Source: an uncultured Kordia sp. (GTDB taxonomy: Bacteria > Bacteroidota > Bacteroidia > Flavobacteriales > Flavobacteriaceae). From it: a stretch of 64,000 nucleotides of DNA. Shown here piece after piece: positions 57,682-64,000 of this stretch (positions within the stretch are counted from its first letter, which is position 1; the number at the start of each line of letters is the position of its first letter). The notes under the pieces are model-generated. The model did no database searches and was not told where the DNA came from. It saw only the letters and a program-made list of their open reading frames with translations. The position numbers and the translations under genes are program-made. Location of the stretch: contig NZ_CANMEZ010000014.1 in the NCBI RefSeq assembly GCF_947496985.1, positions 16,379 through 80,378 of the forward strand, given 5' to 3'.

Positions 57682-58905
57682 ATGAAAAACTGTTTAGAAC
57701 AAAAAAGAGTTAACAATACATTTGTGATCATAGTTTCAGTTTTATTAGAACGCATTAGTTATTATGGAGTTCGTTCAATGTTGATATTATATATGATTGG
57801 TGAAACGCTTCAAATAGCACATTATGAAGCAATCACTATTTACCAATACATGTTAATCTTCTTACTCTTTTCACAATTATTAGGAGGAATTTTTGGAGAT
57901 TTTGTATTAAAGAATAAAAAATCAATCCTAATTGGAGGAATAGTAGCAGTTTTAGGGTGTGTACTTTTTTGTATCCCAAACATCAATATGATGTATTTAG
58001 GAATACTATTTTTGACATTGGGCTCTGGATTTTTAAAACCTAATATGTTAGCTGCGTATGGAAAGACATATTACAATGATAAACAATATTTAGACACAGC
58101 TTTTTCGCTTTATCACTTAGTTGTAAATATAGGTGCTTTCATTGGTGTTTTACTATTTGCATACATAAGTGATTCCTTTGGATTCCTTGTTGGATTTGGA
58201 TTTGCAGGAGTATTATATTTACTAACAGCTTTAGTATCATTTGCAATATCTGAAACAGATGAAAAACTTCAATACAATCAACAAAGTGCTTCAAGTTATG
58301 CTATACTCTATATTGTAATTGCTATGGTGACTTCTGTAGCTTTTTGGGCATTGTATGAGATGTCTGGAACATCTAGGTATATGTTGGGAGCTGATGAAAG
58401 CTTTATGAGTCAGTTAAGCGCATATTTTTCAAAAGAAATACTAGATTATATTGATGCTGTTTTTTTAATTCCCCTACTAATTATATTTGGCGGTATTTGG
58501 TTAAAATTTCATCGATCTCAATTTTTGAAAATTGCATTAGGATTTCTTTTTGGATCGCTGGCACTATTTCAGTTTTCTCAAATATCTATAGGTAATTTTC
58601 AAGAAAATATAGTTTACTTATTCAGCGGAATATTCTTTTACAGTTTAGCAGAAATATACATAGTAGTGATAACTTTTTCTATAATTACACGGTACACAAA
58701 TCCTAAATATCTAACAACGATAATGGCTTTGCTTGCTAGTCTTATAGGAGCTATAGTGTATCTTGTAAATCCTATAACTTCATTTTTGTTTAATAATGAT
58801 CCTTCATTAAGTACGTATGTTGGATTAAGCATTTCTATAGCAATTACAGTCATGTTGTTTTTAGGCTTTTTCTTTGGGAAAAAAATCTCAAAGACGAATG
58901 GATAA
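57682..58905 (+). CDS. POT/PTR2-family (proton-dependent oligopeptide) transporter-like MFS protein
   Basis: The ExxERFxYYG-like motif LLERISYYGVRS sits near the N-terminus, with about 12 hydrophobic segments. The track start at 57655 is TTG. Confidence 0.6.
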   Translation: MKNCLEQKRVNNTFVIIVSVLLERISYYGVRSMLILYMIGETLQIAHYEAITIYQYMLIFLLFSQLLGGIFGDFVLKNKKSILIGGIVAVLGCVLFCIPNINMMYLGILFLTLGSGFLKPNMLAAYGKTYYNDKQYLDTAFSLYHLVVNIGAFIGVLLFAYISDSFGFLVGFGFAGVLYLLTALVSFAISETDEKLQYNQQSASSYAILYIVIAMVTSVAFWALYEMSGTSRYMLGADESFMSQLSAYFSKEILDYIDAVFLIPLLIIFGGIWLKFHRSQFLKIALGFLFGSLALFQFSQISIGNFQENIVYLFSGIFFYSLAEIYIVVITFSIITRYTNPKYLTTIMALLASLIGAIVYLVNPITSFLFNNDPSLSTYVGLSISIAITVMLFLGFFFGKKISKTNG

Positions 58906-59452
58906 ATTCAAAAAATACAGTAAAAATATCTTAATCGCCTTTGTTTTGTTATTCGTATTTAAGGGGTTTTTATATCAAAAACTAGTGAATTATGCTAAAA
59001 CTGATACAAGAAAAGACTATGCAATTACCAATCAAAAACTTATCAAAACCATTGAAAAAGAAATAGCAGGAAAAGAACTAACTATTGATGCTATTATTAA
59101 TTGTAGTTTGAAGCTTACGGCAAAACATTTAAAGTTTAAATTAGAAGAAACTTCAAACAATCCGAATATCAATTTTGAAACGCAAAAAGCACATTGTGTA
59201 GGTTATGCAGCTTTATGTAATAGTATTGGAAACTACATTTTGGAAAAGAAACAACTAGCAAATACATACAAATTTACACATGTTGTTGGAAAGATAGAAT
59301 TTTTAGGATTTGATACACATCAACTATTTAAAAGTCCATTCTTTAAAGATCACGATTACAATGAAATCATTCATAAACAAACTGGTGAAAAGCAATTCAT
59401 TGATGCAAGTGTATATGATTATACTTGGATAAAGCGTATAAGATCTAATTAA
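58898..59452 (+). CDS. Hypothetical protein (N-terminal TM; possible transglutaminase-like Cys/His/Asp core)
   Basis: The ATG at 58898 overlaps the POT gene end by 8 nt. The fold suggestion rests only on the motifs KAHCVGYAALC and KDHDYNE. Confidence 0.4.
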   Translation: MDKFKKYSKNILIAFVLLFVFKGFLYQKLVNYAKTDTRKDYAITNQKLIKTIEKEIAGKELTIDAIINCSLKLTAKHLKFKLEETSNNPNINFETQKAHCVGYAALCNSIGNYILEKKQLANTYKFTHVVGKIEFLGFDTHQLFKSPFFKDHDYNEIIHKQTGEKQFIDASVYDYTWIKRIRSN

Positions 59453-59752
59453 ATAAAAGAATTTCTAAATTAAACTATGCAAAAAATCACAGGTCAAAAG
59501 CATCCGAAAAAAGCATTTATATATGGACTAGCTGTTATGTCATAACTTCCAGTTCCTAGAGTTGAAAACGGTTCTGTAGAAATCTCAAAACGTCCTTCAA
59601 TATACTTGCTTTGAATATCATGAAGTAGTATCGTAAATGCTCTGTTGACTACAAACTGATTTGAAACACCACTAATATTTGGAACTTATATTCCAAGTGG
59701 TGCTAAAGCTGTAAAATTGACAAAATCATACTTAGATAAACATGAAAAGGTT

Positions 59753-59787
59753 AAAAGATGTAAACTTTCTAGTATTTTACATCTTTT
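59753..59787 (-). terminator. Hairpin terminator downstream of the 94-aa GG-leader gene
   Basis: 12-bp stem AAAAGATGTAAA / TTTACATCTTTT with an 11-nt loop. Confidence 0.5.
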
Positions 59788-59795
59788 AAATAAGA

Positions 59796-60080
59796 TTAAC
59801 AATTAGAATTAACAGAGCCTACAACACAATCATTATTAGATTGTAAACTATAACCTGTTGTATTTCCGCAAGGAGAATCCTCTCTTGTACGCGGTCTTCC
59901 ATGTGTGGAGCAAGTAGCTTCATAGCAACTCATATGTAAGGTATTAGGACAGTCGGTTTCAATAATAGTAACATTATTATATGGATTTGTTGTAATATCT
60001 GTTCCTCCAAAGAGATGAAGTGTTTTAAAATGTATAATTTTTGATTTGGTCAAGTGTAACTTTCGTTGTTGCTTTTTCAT
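59796..60080 (-). CDS. GG-leader Cys-rich secreted protein precursor (94 aa)
   Basis: MKKQQRKLHLTKSKIIHFKTLHLFGG|TDITTNPYNNVTIIETDCPNTLHMSCYEATCSTHGRPRTREDSPCGNTTGYSLQSNNDCVVGSVNSNC. The core has 7 Cys. Confidence 0.55.
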   Translation of the reverse strand: MKKQQRKLHLTKSKIIHFKTLHLFGGTDITTNPYNNVTIIETDCPNTLHMSCYEATCSTHGRPRTREDSPCGNTTGYSLQSNNDCVVGSVNSNC

Positions 60081-60159
60081 GAGTACGTATAATTAAAAAA
60101 TTCAATAACTAAAACTACAGATTGTTCGCTAACTCACTAAAAATATAAATGAAAAATAA

Positions 60160-60182
60160 TGTTCAATTCCGTGAATTGAACA
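60160..60182. promoter_or_regulatory. Perfect 10-3-10 palindrome TGTTCAATTC-CGT-GAATTGAACA (terminator of the AraC gene and/or operator)
   Basis: It abuts the stop codon of 60183-61859. On the minus strand it is followed by TTATTTTT. It lies about 80-100 nt upstream of the ATG of 59796-60080. Confidence 0.6.
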
Positions 60183-61859
60183 TTATTTTTCCTCAGTAGC
60201 ACGTACTTTTTTAATAAAGTAAGAAGGTTTCAAACCCGTTTTCTTTTGAAATGCTCTCAAAAAAGCGCCAGAATTGGTAAAACCAGCTTCTTGAGCAATG
60301 GCTTTAATAGTATACTTTTTATACATTTCGTCATTCTGAATGCGATCAATAGTATAATCTACACGTAAATCGTTGATGTAATTGGTAAAAGTTTTATTCT
60401 TATGTGAATTGATAATTTTGGAAAGATATTTAGAATTTGTTTGTGCAATTTTGGCAACTTCATGTAATGAAATTTGATTGGTTAAATACAGTTTTTTAAC
60501 TTCAAACATGCGCAATCGTTCCAAAATGGTTTCTGTCGTACTAGCATCTAATTCAACAGAATTTTCAAGAGTATCTTTTGTGTCAGGAATATTTTCTTTT
60601 TGTTCTATTTTGTAGCGTTCTTGCTGAGAAATAATTGCATCAAAACGCTTTTGGTATTGTATTCGCAATCGATAATAATAAAACAGAATTAAAAGTCCTA
60701 AAATGCTAATAAAAGCACCAATTCCAATGCTCCATCGAAGTTTCTGATTGGTTTGTTTAGAATCTTCCGTTAAGTTTACAATTAAGGTTTCTTTCTCATC
60801 TAACAATCGCGGAATATCATATTCTTTTACAATAGTTTGCGATAATTCTTTGTATTGTAAATGATGAATGCTGTCAAGTTTTAATAATCTATTTGTATAA
60901 TATAATTGCAGGGTTTTATCATCTTTTTGCTTGGCATTTTTAATCAAAAACTCATACGATTCACGTAGTGGTAATAAAATATCCGATTCATTTGAAAAAG
61001 CAGTATCAATCTTTCTAAAATAATACAAAGCTTTTTCAGATTTACCAATGGCATCATAACTTTTTCCAACATAAAATTCACCAATAAGTTGATCTAATTT
61101 GTGCAAATTTGGCAATGCCTTTTCAATACTATCTATAGCTGCAAGATGATTTCCACTAATTGATAAATTAATACCTTCATTCACTACAAAATGATAATAC
61201 AAAGGCAATTGTTCGTTTTTTAGCGTTAATGCAATGCCTTCTGTATTCATTGCTGTTGCTTTTGCATGCTGACCACTTTCATAATATATGCTTGATAATT
61301 GAAACAAAATATCATGTCGTACATTTTTGGTTGATTCAAATTCTAAACAATCCAAAAACGTTTGCTCGGCGCTTTCATAATCACCAATAGTACGTTGCAT
61401 AAAACCAATATTGTATTTGGCATCGTAATAAAAAACATTATGTCTGTTCTTTAGCGTTTTTTCAGCAAGTAAATAATTATCTAAAGCCTTAGCATAGTCA
61501 TTTTCATAATAAAATAGTGTTCCTTTTGCTAAATAGAAGTGTGCAGGAAATTCTTCATGTTTTAAGTTTTTGGTATACAAAATTGCACTATCCAAATATT
61601 GAATTTTTTTTGTGAAATCGGAAGTCGTTTTTCGTAGAAAGTAAAACCCTTTTCCAATACGTAAACTATCATTTTTCGCTTTCGCGCGATTAAAAAAAGC
61701 ATTGGTATAGGTTTGATATATTTCAGGATTCTTCGTATTTGCTGCAATTTGTGTTTCTAATTCTTTAAATGATGCACGTGTGAGTGAATCTGTTGCTTGT
61801 TGTCCGTAAAGAGTGCAACTAAAACATAGAATGATCAAGAAATATCGATACGAAAACAT
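60183..61859 (-). CDS. One-component regulator: signal peptide + extracytoplasmic TPR domain + single TM + cytoplasmic AraC-type HTH
   Basis: 558 aa. It has an N-terminal signal (FLIILCFSCTLYG), TPR-like repeats (YAKALDNYLLAEK, YESAEQTFLDCLE), a TM (WSIGIGAFISILGLLILFYYY), and a C-terminal HTH (IAQEAGFTNSGAFLRAFQKKTGLKPSYF). Confidence 0.8.
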   Translation of the reverse strand: MFSYRYFLIILCFSCTLYGQQATDSLTRASFKELETQIAANTKNPEIYQTYTNAFFNRAKAKNDSLRIGKGFYFLRKTTSDFTKKIQYLDSAILYTKNLKHEEFPAHFYLAKGTLFYYENDYAKALDNYLLAEKTLKNRHNVFYYDAKYNIGFMQRTIGDYESAEQTFLDCLEFESTKNVRHDILFQLSSIYYESGQHAKATAMNTEGIALTLKNEQLPLYYHFVVNEGINLSISGNHLAAIDSIEKALPNLHKLDQLIGEFYVGKSYDAIGKSEKALYYFRKIDTAFSNESDILLPLRESYEFLIKNAKQKDDKTLQLYYTNRLLKLDSIHHLQYKELSQTIVKEYDIPRLLDEKETLIVNLTEDSKQTNQKLRWSIGIGAFISILGLLILFYYYRLRIQYQKRFDAIISQQERYKIEQKENIPDTKDTLENSVELDASTTETILERLRMFEVKKLYLTNQISLHEVAKIAQTNSKYLSKIINSHKNKTFTNYINDLRVDYTIDRIQNDEMYKKYTIKAIAQEAGFTNSGAFLRAFQKKTGLKPSYFIKKVRATEEK

Positions 61860-61908
61860 ATATGATTTTTTGGTAATGCTAATATATCCATATCGTGTAA
61901 AATAATAA

Positions 61909-61968
61909 ATTGAACAAAGGAGAACTTTTAGTTCAATTCACGGAAATGAACATTTCTTTTGTTGAATT
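61909..61968. promoter_or_regulatory. Four alternating TTGAAC/GTTCAA-type half-sites between the AraC gene and the 62106 peptide gene
   Basis: ATTGAACA at 61909, GTTCAATT at 61931, ATGAACA at 61946 and GTTGAATT at 61961. The segment GTTCAATTCACGGAAATGAACA matches the reverse complement of the 60160 palindrome with one change. Confidence 0.5.
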
Positions 61969-62105
61969 GTGTATGAAAATGTATGTACTTCGTTAGCAGA
62001 AATAGAAAGTGTATTTGCGCAAAAACTAAATGAACTTGTGAAAATCTTACAAGGAGAATTCAAATTTAGACACTTTCAATAAGTATTAATTCAAAACATA
62101 AAAAG

Positions 62106-62291
62106 ATGAAAAAAAGAAATTTAAAATCACTTAAACTAAACAAGAAATTTATTTCAAACTTTAAAAGTATAGAAATTAGAGGAGGACTTAGCGGATTGAC
62201 ACGCTGTGGCTGTCCTGCTCCGGAAAGAACAAATTCATGTCAAGAACCACTTAGTCGAACAGATCAAGTAACTTGTTTAGGATGTTATTAG
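62106..62291 (+). CDS. GG-leader Cys-rich peptide precursor (61 aa)
   Basis: MKKRNLKSLKLNKKFISNFKSIEIRGG|LSGLTRCGCPAPERTNSCQEPLSRTDQVTCLGCY. The leader is nearly identical to that of 47673-47879. Confidence 0.65.
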   Translation: MKKRNLKSLKLNKKFISNFKSIEIRGGLSGLTRCGCPAPERTNSCQEPLSRTDQVTCLGCY

Positions 62292-62326
62292 GAGGATTTA
62301 GTTTCCAAGTATAAATTTTATGGAAA

Positions 62327-62344
62327 AGCGAGCTTAAGTTCGCT
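62327..62344 (+). terminator. Variant of the AGCGAAC hairpin terminator (copy 5)
   Basis: AGCGAGC-TTAA-GTTCGCT followed by TTTTCTC. Confidence 0.55.
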
Positions 62345-62371
62345 TTTCTCTATAATCTCAATTATAAAAGT

Positions 62372-62935
62372 TTAAAGATCTTCCGTAAAATGTCGTTTAC
62401 CTTTTTCTTTACTAAACTTGTCTTTATTATAGGTTGAAGATTGTCCTTTTGGAATAGACAACGATGTCCATTGTTCACCACGAATTAATTTAGCAACATA
62501 GACTAATTGTCCAATATGATACGGATAATGACATAATTGACGTGTGATAGCTTCCAAAACAGTATGTCCTTGATTTCGAATATAAATAATACGAGAAACA
62601 TCTTTAGGTTGTAATGGATTAATTGCATCAAACAAACAATTCCAACCTTTTTCCCAAGCGGTAATCATTTCGGCTTTCGTTTTGTAGGTAGCTTCAAACT
62701 CTGTATCACGATGTCTCCATTCCTTTTCACCATCTTCCGTAAGGAAATTTGTCCAACGACTCAACATATTGCCAACAATATGTTTTACAATTATAGCAAT
62801 ACTGTTGCTATCTTCATTTTGTTGCCAATGAATATCTTCTTCCCGTAATTGGGCAAAAGTTTTATCACCAACACTTTTATAATAGGCAAATTGTTTGCGT
62901 GTACTTTCTAAATAATTTTCAGAAACAGAACTCAT
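62372..62935 (-). CDS. DinB-superfamily (DUF1572-like) protein
   Basis: 187 aa with four-helix-bundle-type His positions (IVKHIVGN, HRD, HYPYHIGQ). Confidence 0.6.
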   Translation of the reverse strand: MSSVSENYLESTRKQFAYYKSVGDKTFAQLREEDIHWQQNEDSNSIAIIVKHIVGNMLSRWTNFLTEDGEKEWRHRDTEFEATYKTKAEMITAWEKGWNCLFDAINPLQPKDVSRIIYIRNQGHTVLEAITRQLCHYPYHIGQLVYVAKLIRGEQWTSLSIPKGQSSTYNKDKFSKEKGKRHFTEDL

Positions 62936-63402
62936 GAGACGTAGATTTTTTGATTAAAATAGGCTTTCAAATAGCTTTTTAGATCTTCAGTTTCTACAGT
63001 ATCATCTAATTGAAGAGTATGAACAACTTGCTCATTTTTACTATTAGAAAACGTAATATCCACTGTGTCAGAAACAACATGAATACGCTCTATTTTGTGT
63101 ACAGGAATTTTAAATTGTGAAATTTTATAACGTCTTTGAAAAAGGTGAATTACCGATCCGATCAATAAACCACTGTAAATTATTTCCAATTTTCCCGTTA
63201 AGAAATACATGATTATGGTTAATATAGCCAATGCAACAGTCACATATAGAATGTGATCAAAAATATAGGAAAAAGTCAACTTAGGATTTTCAGTTTCTTC
63301 CAATATTTCACAAGTTTCCCAATTTCCATGATCACTGAAATAGAAAAATTCTTCATTAATATTCAAATAGCCTTTTCTTAAAACAAAATAGCGTTTCTCC
63401 AT
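62932..63402 (-). CDS. Hypothetical 2-TM membrane protein
   Basis: 156-aa ORF with a 4-nt overlap with the DinB-like gene. Confidence 0.4.
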   Translation of the reverse strand: MEKRYFVLRKGYLNINEEFFYFSDHGNWETCEILEETENPKLTFSYIFDHILYVTVALAILTIIMYFLTGKLEIIYSGLLIGSVIHLFQRRYKISQFKIPVHKIERIHVVSDTVDITFSNSKNEQVVHTLQLDDTVETEDLKSYLKAYFNQKIYVS

Positions 63403-63498
63403 GTAGTAAATATACAGAAAAGATATATTTTGTATTTAATTATAAATGTTGAATTCTAAATTTTAAATGAAAACTAATATGTTAACAATCCATAAAGT

Positions 63499-63999
63499 CT
63501 AGTTACCTAATAATCTAGCAATTTCTGTCTGTAACTTTGGAATCACTTGTTCTTCAAACCAAGGATTTTTGCTCAACCAAAAACGATTCCTAGGTGATGG
63601 ATGTGGTAATGGAAAATATGTTGGAAGATAACTTTCGTAATTTGAAACGGTTTCCGTTAGTGTTTTCTTAGCTTTTTCTTGTAGATAATATTTTTGTGCA
63701 TATTGCCCAACTAGTAACACCAATTTGGCTTTTTCCATCTTTGCTAGTAATTGTTTGTGCCAAGCTTCAGCACATTCTTTTCTAGGAGGCAAATCGCCCG
63801 ATTTTCCCTTTCCAGGATAACAAAATCCCATAGGAATTAAGGCAATATTCTTTGCATCATAAAAAACATCGTCAGAAACATTTAACCATTTTCTAAGTCG
63901 TTTCCCGCTCATGTCATTCCATGGAATACCATTCTGATGTACTTTCAAACCAGGCGCTTGTCCAATTAAAATAATTTTAGACGATTCATGCGCAGACAA
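63499..63999 (-). CDS. Uracil-DNA glycosylase superfamily protein (5' end probably beyond the window)
   Basis: The motif ILIGQAPG and a C-terminal HPSPRN are present. The track start codon at 63997-63999 is TTG at the window edge, so the gene is likely partial. Confidence 0.7.
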   Translation of the reverse strand: MSAHESSKIILIGQAPGLKVHQNGIPWNDMSGKRLRKWLNVSDDVFYDAKNIALIPMGFCYPGKGKSGDLPPRKECAEAWHKQLLAKMEKAKLVLLVGQYAQKYYLQEKAKKTLTETVSNYESYLPTYFPLPHPSPRNRFWLSKNPWFEEQVIPKLQTEIARLLGN

Positions 64000-64000
64000 A

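Noticed and set aside
59480-59720. Minus-strand open segment (…NRAFTILLHDIQSKYIEGRFEISTEPFSTLGTGSYDITASPYINAFFG…) considered as a gene remnant.
   Set aside because: It has no start codon, is short and shows no recognisable family motif.

Overview
The window is AT-rich and looks like a Bacteroidota (Flavobacteriia-type) chromosome. This is inferred from protein types, lipoprotein and TonB-receptor content, and characteristic small repeats. Note that the ORF track prints TTG and GTG starts as M, so several starts were moved to the first plausible ATG.

Most of the window is housekeeping backbone:
- THUMP RNA methyltransferase, tricorn-like S41 protease and rlmD.
- A glyoxylate-shunt unit (aceB, aceA) with a divergent XRE/ImmA-like regulator and a clear palindromic operator.
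- An ECF sigma pair, rocD, cysteine desulfurase, and a TonB receptor with an M23 peptidase.
- zapA, a 6S-like RNA and rny, followed by xerD, aroQ and lpdA.

No rRNA, tRNA, CRISPR array, transposase or integrase (other than xerD) was seen.

Three accessory signals stand out:
1. Eight small genes for double-glycine (GG) leader, Cys-containing peptides are spread over 42.3-62.3 kb, and three are too short for, or mis-started in, the ORF track. Five form a tandem array at 46.7-48.2 kb. Four of those five, plus the 62106 gene, end in a near-identical AGCGAAC-N4-GTTCGCT hairpin, which reads as a UUCG tetraloop on the coding strand of the array. Two more flank a secreted-TPR / transmembrane / AraC-HTH one-component regulator whose two flanks share a TGTTCAATT/AATTGAACA palindrome. 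No C39-peptidase exporter or peptide-modification enzyme is present in the window.
2. A defence-island-like patch at about 2.1-6.4 kb holds a stand-alone SLATT-like 2TM protein, a gene bracketed by 18-19 nt inverted repeats, a small protein translationally coupled to a Hanks-type Ser/Thr kinase, and an XRE repressor with iterated ATTATAG boxes.
3. An orphan, extremely basic 351-aa protein has an N-terminal DNRPEA..QRK motif that I associate with secreted or injected effector families.

All functional calls rest on motif recognition by eye. None has been confirmed by a database search.
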